Shown here one piece after another: positions 1 to 9,038 of a DNA stretch of 32,000 nucleotides. The notes below the pieces were generated by a model. The model was given only the letters and a program-made list of their open reading frames with translations. It searched no databases and was not told where the DNA came from. The DNA lies in assembly GCA_045568075.1 (NCBI GenBank), contig JBJLBP010000001.1:1230001-1262000 (forward strand). Reading direction: 5' to 3'. Positions within the stretch are counted from its first letter, which is position 1. Each line of letters opens with the position of its first letter. The stretch comes from Candidatus Thalassarchaeaceae archaeon (lineage in GTDB: Archaea; Thermoplasmatota; Poseidoniia; Poseidoniales; Thalassarchaeaceae). Made by a program: the position numbers and the translations under genes.

Positions 1-2
1 TG

Positions 3-2729
3 ATGGCGAAGACATTTATCGAGAATATTGCGCAAAAATTGCGAATCATTCCCGATCTCGACCGTGAGCACGCGAGCGGAAATCAGAAACCTCTGCGAAA
101 GTTTCCTTCACCCGACGAGTGGCACAATTTCACCGAACTAGACGCGAATGCCTGGCCTCTTCGCCTTGAACGCAATTACTCCCTAGTGCCCACTACCTGT
201 TTCAATTGCGAATCAGCCTGCGGGTTGCTCGCATATGTGGACAAGGATAACGGCGAGGTGGCTAAGTTCGAGGGAAATCCGCACCATCCAGGATCGCGTG
301 GCCGTAACTGCGCAAAGGGACCGGCCACAATCAATCAGATTCACGATACCGAGCGCATCATGCATCCACTTCGCCGTACTGGCAAGCGTGGAGAAGGCGG
401 TTGGGAACAGATCTCTTGGGACGAGGCGCTCGACGAAATCGCCGCTAAGATTCGCTCCTCACTCAAGCGCGGCGGGGTCGACAAAGTCGTCTATCACGTA
501 GGAAGGCCCGGCCACGAGGGATATGCAAATCGAGTCCTCAAGGCCTGGGGAGTAGATGGTCATAATTCGCACACGAATATCTGCTCGGCTGGAGCAAGAA
601 CAGGCTATTCCCTATGGCAAAAACACGACCGCCCAAGCCCAGATCACACCAATGCCAAGGTCATCCTACTGACCTCGTCTCACCTCGAAACTGGGCATTA
701 CTTCAATCCGCACGCGCAGCGTATTCTCGAGGGGATGATGGAGGGAGCGAAACTCATCGTCATCGACCCTCGCCTATCCAATACGGCGGCTATGGCCGAC
801 TATTGGCTTCCGACATGGCCGGGTGGCGAGACTGCGCTCTTCCTCGCCTGGGCGAAGATGATCATTGAGCGCGGTCTATACGACCGCGAATTCATGGAAA
901 CTCAGGTCAATTGGGATGCATGGATGCGAGCGGTCCACCCGAACGAGCCTTGCGAGTTCGAGAGATTCATCGAATTACTTGTTGAAGAGTACGCTGAATA
1001 CACTCCTGAATTTGCAGCCGCCGAATGTAGGATTCCAGTCGAGCAAGTCATCGAGGCGGGTGAAGTAGTAGCAAATGCAGGCAGTCAGCTTTGCACACAC
1101 GTCTGGCGCAGCGCAGCGATTGGAAACCTAGGTGGTTGGCAAGTCAGCCGCTCACTGCATTTCCTAAACGTGCTGACAGGTTCAGTTGGAACAGTCGGAG
1201 GAACAAGTCCCAACTCTTGGTCGAAGTTCAAGCCGTCTCTGTTCGATGTGCCGCCAGACCCCGACGGCTGGAACGAACTGCACTTCCCTCCGGAATACAC
1301 CCTCTCGCATTACGAAATGAGTCACATCCTGCCGCACCTCATCAAGGACGGTCGCGGTTCTATGGATGTCTACTTCACACGTGTTTTCAATCCGGTTTGG
1401 ACATACCCAGACGGATTTTCATGGATTGAGATGCTGGAAAACGAGGAGGCAGTCGGCTGCCATATCGCTCTGACACCCACATGGAATGAGACCGCTTTCT
1501 TCGCCGACTACGTCCTGCCTATGGGTCATGCATCCGAGAGGCACGACGTCAATTCATACGCCACATCCTCGGGCAAGTGGGTAGCATTCCGCCAACCCGT
1601 TTTGCGTGAGTATGCAAGGCGGCAGGGGCGAGAAGTGGAGTTCACCCACGAGGTCAATCCTGGTCAAGTCTGGGAGGAGGATGAATTCTGGATCGAACTT
1701 TCTTGGCGCATCGACGATGGTACCATGGGTATCCGCGAGCACTTCATGAGTCCGTATCGCGAGGGTGAGAAAATCACTGTCGATGAGTACTATCAGTATC
1801 TTTTCGAGCGCGTTCCCGGACTACCTGAGGCGGCTGAAAAAGATGGCACTAATGCGCTCGGTTACATGCGTCGACATGGGGCATTTTTGATTGAAGAGGC
1901 GACTTATGAGAAGCATAAATCGGAAGGTTGGCCTACGCCGAGTGGAAAACAGGAATTCTATTCTGAGACGATGATTGAGTTCGGCTACCCTGAGCATTCG
2001 ATTCCACATTATCGCCAGAAGTCTCACGTTCATCCTGAGAATTTGACCGGTGAGGATGAGTATTGTTTACTCCCCAACTTCCGCTTACCGCAACACATCC
2101 ACTCTCGCTCAGCCAATGCAAAATGGTTGGTTGAAATAGCCCACAGGAACCCCATTTGGATTCATCCGAAGGATGCGAGGAAACTCGGTGTAGCCGAGGG
2201 GGATTTACTGAAAATTGAAACTGAAATCGGTTGGTTTGTCGACAAGGTTTGGGTTACTGAGGGTATCAAACCCGGTGTTGTCGGTTGTTCACATCACATC
2301 GGGCGATGGCGACGGAAGCAAGACCGTGGGAATCGCTTCCTGACCAATACCGTCGCCATCGAAGACCAGGGTAATGGCAAAATGAGAATGAAGACTGTTA
2401 GTGGGGTCGAACCGTGGAAATCAGATGACCCCGATACAAATCGCATCTGGTGGCGTGATGGAGGAGTTCACCAGAATATCACCCACGCGGTTCAGCCTGA
2501 CCCGATATCTGGTGCACACTGCTGGCTGCAGAAGGTCAGGCTGTCTAGGCCCGGCCCCGGTGAGGATTACGGCGATATCGAGGTAGATCGGGAAAAGTCG
2601 TTTGAATATTACAAACGCTGGAATGAATGGGCTAAGGCTCGTGAAACCCACCCTCGTGGTGAGCGACGTCCATTGTGGATGAAGAGACCCTTGCCTCCCA
2701 AGAAGGAACACTGGTACATCCAGGACTAA
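3..2729 (+). CDS. Molybdopterin (bis-MGD) oxidoreductase catalytic subunit, MopB superfamily, substrate unknown
   Basis: 908-aa ORF. ATG at 3 overlaps a TGA at 1-3. N-terminal 4Fe-4S motif C-x2-C-x3-C...C (CFNCESACG...NCAKG). Candidate Mo-ligand Cys194 (TGC 582-584, HTNICSAG). C-terminal MGD-binding barrel (IWIHPKDARKLGVAEGDLLKIETEIG). No twin-arginine signal. Confidence 0.85.
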   Translation: MAKTFIENIAQKLRIIPDLDREHASGNQKPLRKFPSPDEWHNFTELDANAWPLRLERNYSLVPTTCFNCESACGLLAYVDKDNGEVAKFEGNPHHPGSRGRNCAKGPATINQIHDTERIMHPLRRTGKRGEGGWEQISWDEALDEIAAKIRSSLKRGGVDKVVYHVGRPGHEGYANRVLKAWGVDGHNSHTNICSAGARTGYSLWQKHDRPSPDHTNAKVILLTSSHLETGHYFNPHAQRILEGMMEGAKLIVIDPRLSNTAAMADYWLPTWPGGETALFLAWAKMIIERGLYDREFMETQVNWDAWMRAVHPNEPCEFERFIELLVEEYAEYTPEFAAAECRIPVEQVIEAGEVVANAGSQLCTHVWRSAAIGNLGGWQVSRSLHFLNVLTGSVGTVGGTSPNSWSKFKPSLFDVPPDPDGWNELHFPPEYTLSHYEMSHILPHLIKDGRGSMDVYFTRVFNPVWTYPDGFSWIEMLENEEAVGCHIALTPTWNETAFFADYVLPMGHASERHDVNSYATSSGKWVAFRQPVLREYARRQGREVEFTHEVNPGQVWEEDEFWIELSWRIDDGTMGIREHFMSPYREGEKITVDEYYQYLFERVPGLPEAAEKDGTNALGYMRRHGAFLIEEATYEKHKSEGWPTPSGKQEFYSETMIEFGYPEHSIPHYRQKSHVHPENLTGEDEYCLLPNFRLPQHIHSRSANAKWLVEIAHRNPIWIHPKDARKLGVAEGDLLKIETEIGWFVDKVWVTEGIKPGVVGCSHHIGRWRRKQDRGNRFLTNTVAIEDQGNGKMRMKTVSGVEPWKSDDPDTNRIWWRDGGVHQNITHAVQPDPISGAHCWLQKVRLSRPGPGEDYGDIEVDREKSFEYYKRWNEWAKARETHPRGERRPLWMKRPLPPKKEHWYIQD

Positions 2730-2730
2730 G

Positions 2731-2955
2731 CTAACCTTCCACTGCGTTGGTATTGTTTCCCCATTTGACCTTCTCCCAAGCCCTCTCGTGAATGTAATAG
2801 AACCCCATCTTCAGAGGAAATTCAATCAGAATAAACCAGCCCGCAGTTTCTATTTCACCTGTGAGAATAGCTGCAATCGCAGCTCCTGTCAGCGTTGCAA
2901 TAATTCTCCATGCAAACGTTTTCGCTAATACCCTCTTCCTCGTGTAAGGACTCAT
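2731..2955 (-). CDS. DUF2061-family small membrane protein
   Basis: 74 aa with two hydrophobic helices. FAWRIIATLTG...MGFYYIHERAWEKVKWG matches the DUF2061 signature as I recall it (sWR..gT...yy.HEr.W..i.WG). Confidence 0.65.
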   Translation of the reverse strand: MSPYTRKRVLAKTFAWRIIATLTGAAIAAILTGEIETAGWFILIEFPLKMGFYYIHERAWEKVKWGNNTNAVEG

Positions 2956-3037
2956 GGCCCGCGCCCTTTGGCAAGGCTATTCACCTTACCGCCTTCAAAG
3001 TGAGGAATTTACTCACTTATTCATGAATTGACAAAAC

Positions 3038-4270
3038 TCAAATCGCTTCAATAATCAACGCGATACCTTGTCCGCCACCAATACAAGCGGTGGCGATTCC
3101 GAATTTCTTTCCCTCGCGCTTGAGTGTGTGTGCAAGAGTCAGAGCGAGTCGGCTACCGGTTGCTGCCAGAGGGTGACCGAGTCCTACTGCGCCGCCATTG
3201 ATGTTGACAATTTCTTGACTAATTCCGAGTTCCTTCATACAGGCGACCGCTTGGCCAGCGAAGGCTTCGTTGATTTCCCACAAGTCGATGTCATCGACTT
3301 GCATTCCTGCTCTTTGGAGAGCAAGTTTGCTCGCTGGAACTGGCCCATAGGCCATGATTTTAGGGTCGAGCCCAACAATTCCCCAATCGACTATTCGAGC
3401 CAGGGGTTGGTCTCCATCTGTCTTCGCTTGAGACGCCGACTTAACGACGACCGCTGCAGCACCATCGACAACACCCGAGGCATTTCCTGCCGTCACGAGT
3501 GAAGTGGGGCCAAAGTGAGTTCGTAGACCTGCTAATGACTCCTCACTCGTGCCGCGGACGAAGTGATCCTCATCGGCTGCTGTCACCATGCCGTTAGACG
3601 TCTCGACATCGACAATCTCATTTGACCAGACGCCGTTATCGACACTATTCTCAGTGCGGGTGTGACTGAGGACTGCATAGGCATCAGTTTCCTCGCGGGT
3701 CACTCCTACTCGCCTACACAACTCGTCGCTGGTCTGAGCCATGAATGAGTCACATGTGGTGTCAAGTAAGTTGGTGAAGAGATAGTCCTCCATGTCCTTC
3801 TCCAAAGCATAACCAGCGCGAGGAGGTCGACCGAGTTTGAATGTTGAGCGCATGTGGCGCAGAACATGTGGAGCCTGTGACAGATTCTCCATTCCACCCG
3901 CGATGACCGTCTTGGCCTCGCCGAGCTTGATCATCTGGGCTGCAGAGATAATCGATTGAACTCCCGAGCCGCACAAGCGATTGAGTGTTAACATAGGGAC
4001 TTCATGAGGAATACCGGCATTGAGACCGGCATGGCGTGCTCCGAAAATCGCTTGGTCACTAGTCTGGAGAGCGTGGCCCATGACTACATGATCGATTGAT
4101 TGCGGACTTGTTCCAGTCTTCTCTAGAGCGCCCTTGATAGCGATTGTACCGAGTTGTTCAGCACTAACTTCAGCGAGACGTCCACCAACTTCTCCGTCGC
4201 CTCGCTTACCACCGAGCCATTCGCAGAATGGTGTTCGGGCCCCTCCGACTAGCACGACTTCTTCAGTCAT
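3038..4270 (-). CDS. Acetyl-CoA C-acetyltransferase / 3-ketoacyl-CoA thiolase (type II thiolase family)
   Basis: Active-site Cys motif NRLCGSGVQSI, NEAFA, GGAVGLGHPLAATG, and C-terminal CIGGGQGIALIIE. The ORF is open to a TTG at 4291, but MTEEVVLVGGARTPF (ATG 4270) matches the canonical thiolase N-terminus. Confidence 0.9.
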   Translation of the reverse strand: MTEEVVLVGGARTPFCEWLGGKRGDGEVGGRLAEVSAEQLGTIAIKGALEKTGTSPQSIDHVVMGHALQTSDQAIFGARHAGLNAGIPHEVPMLTLNRLCGSGVQSIISAAQMIKLGEAKTVIAGGMENLSQAPHVLRHMRSTFKLGRPPRAGYALEKDMEDYLFTNLLDTTCDSFMAQTSDELCRRVGVTREETDAYAVLSHTRTENSVDNGVWSNEIVDVETSNGMVTAADEDHFVRGTSEESLAGLRTHFGPTSLVTAGNASGVVDGAAAVVVKSASQAKTDGDQPLARIVDWGIVGLDPKIMAYGPVPASKLALQRAGMQVDDIDLWEINEAFAGQAVACMKELGISQEIVNINGGAVGLGHPLAATGSRLALTLAHTLKREGKKFGIATACIGGGQGIALIIEAI

Positions 4271-4341
4271 TGAAGCGGGCCAATCAACCAACGTTCATGA
4301 GTCTGACTATCCCAAAGGGATAGGAAAACTCACCAGTGATC

Positions 4342-5742
4342 TCATTCTTCGTTTGACATCGAACCGAGGTATTCGGGTAAATCTACACCTGCGTTCGATG
4401 CAATATCGTGCAGTGGAGGTAGAGACTTCACGAGATTAGAGATGAAGTTCGAAGTCGAACTGCCATCTCCATCGCCGCCTGAATCCCATACAGTGATGCT
4501 GTCAATCTTGAGGTTGCGGATCGCTTCGACCTGGGCTGCAACCATCTGGTCAATCTTCTCAACCATAAGTAGAGTTGCGGCTGCCTTAGCATCGCCTCCG
4601 GTGCTAGTAACCAATCCCTCGTAACCTGTCGCCTTCGCTTCGAGGACCTTCTTGACACCAGCCGCTTCAGCCTCGTAGATTGCCAGAATTGCGTCTGCCT
4701 CACCACGGGCGACGCGTCGTTGACGCTCAGCCTCGGCTTCGGCAGCAATTTCGATTTGCTGCTTCTGAATTTGTTCGCGAACGATGTCGCTGGCACGCAA
4801 TCGCTCCTCCTCTTCGGTGTAGCGAGCGCGCTCAATCGCTGCCTGCGATTGCGCTGTCGCAACATCGGCTCGCTGCTTGGCAGCGGCCTCGGCCTCAGCG
4901 AGGTCAGCATCGGATTGAGCCACCTCTGCCTTTGCTGCGTTCTCACCAGAGATAGCGAGAGCTTCTTGCTGACCGACGTAAACACGCTGATCGGCTTCGG
5001 CAGTCTTGCGTCCCTTCTCAGCCTGAGCAAGGTTCTCTGCAACCTCGATCTCTCGTGCCCTGTCTGCCTTAGCGGCACCAACTGCACCGTCTCTTTCTGC
5101 ATTTGCTACATCGACTCGAGCATTCTCAACTGCAGTTGATGCAGCCTTCTTTCCAATGCTCTCGATATAGTCGGACTCGTCAGTAATATCGACTAGGTTA
5201 ACGTTGATCAGATAGAGACCAATCTTTTGCAATTCCGTGTCGACGTTCGTCCTGGTTAATTCAAGGAAAGCATCTCGGTCTTGGTTGATTTGCTCAATTG
5301 TGAGTGAAGCAACTGTTAGACGTAGTTGACCGAAAATAATCTCCTTTGCCATCTCTTCAATCTCAGGCTGCTTCAGACCGAGCAAACGCTCGGCTGCATT
5401 AGCCATGATGTGCGACTCCGTCGAGACACCAATGGTGAAAGTCGAAGGAACGTTGATTCGAATATTCTGCAGAGAAAGAGCGTTTCGAAGATCAATGTTG
5501 ATGGTAATCGGATTCAACGAAAGGAAGGCGTAATCTTGTATTAACGGCCATACAAGTGCAGCACCTCCATGTATCGTTCGACTTGCTTTACCCTTGTCGG
5601 TACGACCGTAAACAACCATGACCTTGTCCGGAGGACAACGCTTGTATCTCTGTGCAAAGAAAATCACAATTGCAACCAAGAACAGTAAGGTCGCGAACAT
5701 CATTATCGTAAGAAATACACTTGCGTCGTTGTGGGAAGACAT
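4342..5742 (-). CDS. Flotillin-like SPFH/band-7 protein (YqiK/FloT type)
   Basis: N-terminal TM helix, SPFH domain (YKRCPPDKVMVVYGR...INIDLRN...), then a long Ala/Glu-rich coiled-coil 'flotillin' region. ATG at 5742; the ORF track starts at TTG 5754. Confidence 0.85.
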   Translation of the reverse strand: MSSHNDASVFLTIMMFATLLFLVAIVIFFAQRYKRCPPDKVMVVYGRTDKGKASRTIHGGAALVWPLIQDYAFLSLNPITINIDLRNALSLQNIRINVPSTFTIGVSTESHIMANAAERLLGLKQPEIEEMAKEIIFGQLRLTVASLTIEQINQDRDAFLELTRTNVDTELQKIGLYLINVNLVDITDESDYIESIGKKAASTAVENARVDVANAERDGAVGAAKADRAREIEVAENLAQAEKGRKTAEADQRVYVGQQEALAISGENAAKAEVAQSDADLAEAEAAAKQRADVATAQSQAAIERARYTEEEERLRASDIVREQIQKQQIEIAAEAEAERQRRVARGEADAILAIYEAEAAGVKKVLEAKATGYEGLVTSTGGDAKAAATLLMVEKIDQMVAAQVEAIRNLKIDSITVWDSGGDGDGSSTSNFISNLVKSLPPLHDIASNAGVDLPEYLGSMSNEE

Positions 5743-5824
5743 AGGAACTACCAACCCATGACAACCGATGCTGACTGATTAAGGCTGTGCCGGCACAGTC
5801 CTAGTTCTCTAAGCGTTATTTGAC

Positions 5825-6436
5825 TCAAACGCGCTTGACTACAAGAGTGGAAGTGATAGTGTCAACAACCTCGATGAATTCACCGGTTGCGATTCCCTGA
5901 TCATCCTCTGATTTGGCGTTATAGGTCTTCAAGGCCCCACCTAACTCGATCTGAACTTGACCCACGCCACCCTCTGGTATGCGCAAGTAAACCGAGCCTC
6001 GGACACCGATAGATTGCTCAATCTCTACGTTTCCACTCGCTTCAAGGGCGAAAAAGACCTGGAAGATTTTTCCTGTGCCATACATCGAGGCACCGCCGGC
6101 AATACCTCCGGCGGCAATGGCGAGAGAGTCGCTGCCATCCGAATTCATTGTGTAAAGGCCGGCAAGTCCGAAGAACATCATGAAGGCCATGACACCTTGG
6201 AAGGTCATCGCGTCGAATGAGCCGTCTGAACTCATCACATCCATCTCGAGTCCAAACAGTCCCTCGAAGACCCCCTCAGCAACTCCTCCAAGCAGTAGTA
6301 GAACGAACCACAGAAGGAAAAGAACTCCTCCTATTAGGGCCGAAGCAGAGAAAATCAACTCCAAAGTAGAGGTAGTTTCTCCGAATACTAACGCAATCAA
6401 ATCGAAGTCGCTTAGGCTGACCATCAATTTATTCAC
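5825..6436 (-). CDS. NfeD-like membrane protein (YqiJ/YuaF type), partner of the flotillin
   Basis: Multi-TM N-terminal part. C-terminal OB-fold-like NfeD motif GVRGSVYLRIPEGGVGQVQIELGGALKTYNAKSEDDQGIATGEFIEVVDT. Lies immediately upstream of and co-directional with the flotillin, the classical NfeD-SPFH arrangement. Start is GTG 6436 or ATG 6424. Confidence 0.65.
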   Translation of the reverse strand: MNKLMVSLSDFDLIALVFGETTSTLELIFSASALIGGVLFLLWFVLLLLGGVAEGVFEGLFGLEMDVMSSDGSFDAMTFQGVMAFMMFFGLAGLYTMNSDGSDSLAIAAGGIAGGASMYGTGKIFQVFFALEASGNVEIEQSIGVRGSVYLRIPEGGVGQVQIELGGALKTYNAKSEDDQGIATGEFIEVVDTITSTLVVKRV

Positions 6437-6486
6437 GATGGGCGGATGCTATCAGTCCTTCGCCGACGCCGTAGACAGAGAATTGA

Positions 6487-6768
6487 TTATCGTCGCCGCA
6501 ACCACTCTGCAAGACCACGATCAAGATTGAAGGCAGGGCCAACCGCAAGCCCAGTTAGAATGGCGGTCAGAAGTTTATGGTCGGTAATCGACCACAACAT
6601 CAAAGCGAAGATGAGGAGAAAAGTTGGTATTGCCATTCGTCTGATGAAAATCTGGTATCCGCCGAGCATATCGTAAGCAGGATTGTTGATGATGTCATCA
6701 ACACGATCGGAGAGATCATGCTTCTTTGACAGTGCCCTCACCTCAACCGGACATCCAGACAAGGGCAC
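6487..6768 (-). CDS. Hypothetical small membrane protein
   Basis: 93-aa ORF with two hydrophobic helices (IPTFLLIFALMLWSI, LLTAILTGLAVGPAF). The start is uncertain: it overlaps the upstream ORF by 26 nt, and an internal Met (MLGGYQIF) is possible. No recognisable family. Confidence 0.35.
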   Translation of the reverse strand: MPLSGCPVEVRALSKKHDLSDRVDDIINNPAYDMLGGYQIFIRRMAIPTFLLIFALMLWSITDHKLLTAILTGLAVGPAFNLDRGLAEWLRRR

Positions 6769-7087
6769 TGAACAAGGTAAGCCCTACCGGGCCAGCATAC
6801 CAGAGTAATTTATTCGTCATTGGTGTTGTATCCTTGAGCTCCAATTCACCGGTTTGTTCGTTGCGCAACAAAGTGGATTTCTCGATTTTAGAATACGATT
6901 CTTCGAAATCCTTCTGATGTCTCGCGACGAAAAGCAAAAAATAGAGTCCTAGAACTAACGTGCTTCCCCCTGTGCCTTGCAAGAATAAGGAAAGAAGGTT
7001 GAGCAGAGGGTCTCCACCCATCTGTCCAGCGAGCAGCAACTGAGCGAAGCCAATCAGGAAAAATATGAGGGAATCTACTCTCGCCAT
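6743..7087 (-). CDS. Hypothetical membrane protein (about 3 TM)
   Basis: 114-aa ORF with ATG start and hydrophobic segments LIFFLIGFAQLLLAG, STLVLGLYFLLFVA and LLWYAGPVGLTLFSALVW. Co-directional with its neighbours. No recognisable family. Confidence 0.45.
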   Translation of the reverse strand: MARVDSLIFFLIGFAQLLLAGQMGGDPLLNLLSLFLQGTGGSTLVLGLYFLLFVARHQKDFEESYSKIEKSTLLRNEQTGELELKDTTPMTNKLLWYAGPVGLTLFSALVWMSG

Positions 7088-7171
7088 CGGTTAGACCGTG
7101 CGAGAGGTCCTCCATCAATCCTTTGCCGGCGTTCGGGTTGTGCGATGGTGTGCTAATTGCAGCGAGAAGAT

Positions 7172-8947
7172 TCAGTTGGAAGGGGAGGCCGAGCCAGTTT
7201 GTACCGACCAAAGGCGCGCGTACAGACCATCGGCCTCGACGAGTTCCTCATGCGTACCTTGCTCAGTGATTCTGCCTGATTCTAGGACGGCGATTTTGTC
7301 AGCATTTCGCACTGTTGAGAGCCGGTGGGCGATGATAATCGTCGTCCTGTCTGCCGAAATTCGGTCGAATGAACGTTGCAAGGAGGCCTCGGTCTCATTG
7401 TCGACATTGCTTGTAGCTTCATCGAGAACAAGGATAGGGGCGTCTTTGAGAACGGCCCTAGCAATCGCAAGACGTTGGCGTTGGCCCCCAGATAGCCTGT
7501 GGCCATCCTCGCCGATATCGGTATCCCAGCCCTTCGGAAGCTCATCGATGAAGGCGGTTGCTTCGGCTATTCGAGCCGCTTCGCGGATCTCCTCCTCGTC
7601 AGCGTCAGGCCTTCCATAGAGGATGTTGTCTCGTACGCTACCTGGGAATAGGGTTGTATTCTGAGATACGAGTGCTATCGAGCCGCGAAGCGAGTTGAGG
7701 CGGAGGTCGCGCACATCGTGGGCGTCGAGGGTTACCGTGCCTTCGATTGGGTCGTGGAAGCGAAGCAGCAGGCTGACGAGAGTAGTCTTGCCTGAGCCAG
7801 TGGAGCCGACTAACCCCACGGTTTCGCCGGCTGCTATGTCGAGCGAGATACCGGAGAGTACAGTCTCTCGCTCAGGGTAGGAGAAGTCGATTGAATCGAA
7901 TGAAATCGCACCCTTGGTCCCATTGAGTTCGATCTCGCCTTCGACTAGGCCGATTGGAGTGTCGAGCAAGTCAAGCACCCTCGAAGTCGAAGCCATGGCT
8001 CGCTGATAGAGATCGAAGGTCTGACCGAGCCGGGTCAGCGGCCAAAGCAAGCGCTGGGTGATGAACACGATGACTGAGTAAGCACCAACCGATAATTCAC
8101 CTTCGAGAGCCAGCCAGCCACCGACCAGCATATTTGCTGTGAAGGCGAATAGAATCGCCATTCGGATTAACGGAACGAATGATGCAGATAGGCGAATCGC
8201 CTCGCGATTCGCATCTCGATACGAGCGCGATGCGATGCCTACGCGCTCGACCTCCAATTCCTCAGCGGTGAACGACTTGATTGTCGTGATACCGCTGAGA
8301 TTGTTATTCAACAGAGCATTGAGGTCGCCAACCTCCTTGCGCACCTTAGCATAACGGACGCCGATTCTACGCTGAAACATGAACGAGCCAGCAACTATCA
8401 CCGGAATCGGAAGCACCGCGAGGATTGCAACCTCAGGTGCCAGCAGGAACATGACCGCACCAACAACAATCACTGTCGTAGCGACCTGAAGTAAGTCATT
8501 GGCACCCTGATCGAGAAAACGTTCCAACTGATTGACATCATCATTCATGATGGCCATCAGTCCACCAGTCGTTTGCTCGGAAAACCACTGCATCTCAAGA
8601 TTCTGAATGTGCGAATAGGCATCCATACGCAACTCATGTTGAGCACTCTGCGCTAGATTACGCCATAACACCCCATACCAATATTCGAAGACCGATTCGA
8701 GAATCCAGATTATCACAGTCAAAGCTACGAGAATATAGAATTGGTGATACGGGTCTGGATAACCCAGACTCGCTAACATAGAATCTTCTTTGTAGGCGAC
8801 GACATCAATTGCCATTCCAATAAGAATCGGTGGTGCGAGGTCCCAGAATTTGTTCATCACTGAGCAGAACGAAGCCAGCCATACCCGTCCTCGAAAATCC
8901 CTCAGATGCGTCAACAAGCGCATCAGAGGGTGTGACACGTCGCCCAT
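7172..8947 (-). CDS. ABC exporter, fused permease + ATPase half-transporter (MsbA/MdlB-like)
   Basis: 591 aa. N-terminal 6-TM ABC_membrane domain, Walker [10 protein letters not shown], signature [14 protein letters not shown], Walker [10 protein letters not shown], and H-loop IAHRLST. Confidence 0.9.
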   Translation of the reverse strand: MGDVSHPLMRLLTHLRDFRGRVWLASFCSVMNKFWDLAPPILIGMAIDVVAYKEDSMLASLGYPDPYHQFYILVALTVIIWILESVFEYWYGVLWRNLAQSAQHELRMDAYSHIQNLEMQWFSEQTTGGLMAIMNDDVNQLERFLDQGANDLLQVATTVIVVGAVMFLLAPEVAILAVLPIPVIVAGSFMFQRRIGVRYAKVRKEVGDLNALLNNNLSGITTIKSFTAEELEVERVGIASRSYRDANREAIRLSASFVPLIRMAILFAFTANMLVGGWLALEGELSVGAYSVIVFITQRLLWPLTRLGQTFDLYQRAMASTSRVLDLLDTPIGLVEGEIELNGTKGAISFDSIDFSYPERETVLSGISLDIAAGETVGLVGSTGSGKTTLVSLLLRFHDPIEGTVTLDAHDVRDLRLNSLRGSIALVSQNTTLFPGSVRDNILYGRPDADEEEIREAARIAEATAFIDELPKGWDTDIGEDGHRLSGGQRQRLAIARAVLKDAPILVLDEATSNVDNETEASLQRSFDRISADRTTIIIAHRLSTVRNADKIAVLESGRITEQGTHEELVEADGLYARLWSVQTGSASPSN

Positions 8948-9038
8948 GCATTGACTCTGTGAATGGACGGCGCTTCAACCTCACCTACGGAAAGGATGTA
9001 GCCCCTTCCACGGAGGAATGGTTTGTGCTAAGTCCAGA

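Noticed and set aside
582-584. Possible selenocysteine at the Mo-ligand position of the MopB enzyme.
   Set aside because: The codon is an ordinary TGC Cys. The 908-codon frame has no in-frame TGA, and no SECIS-like need arises.
4428-5102. 224-aa same-strand alternative-frame ORF, plus several plus-strand ORFs (4680-4955, 4720-5139), inside the flotillin gene.
   Set aside because: These are artefacts of the repetitive GC-rich Ala/Glu/Arg coiled-coil coding region, which stays open in several frames. None has protein-like composition.
7098-7619. Long antisense ORFs opposite real genes (7098-7619 opposite the ABC exporter, 10765-11346 opposite the lipoprotein, 16929-17522 opposite aapQ, 19415-19903 opposite aapJ).
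   Set aside because: They are Ser/Arg/Pro-rich shadow frames. The opposite strand carries unambiguous domain motifs in each case.
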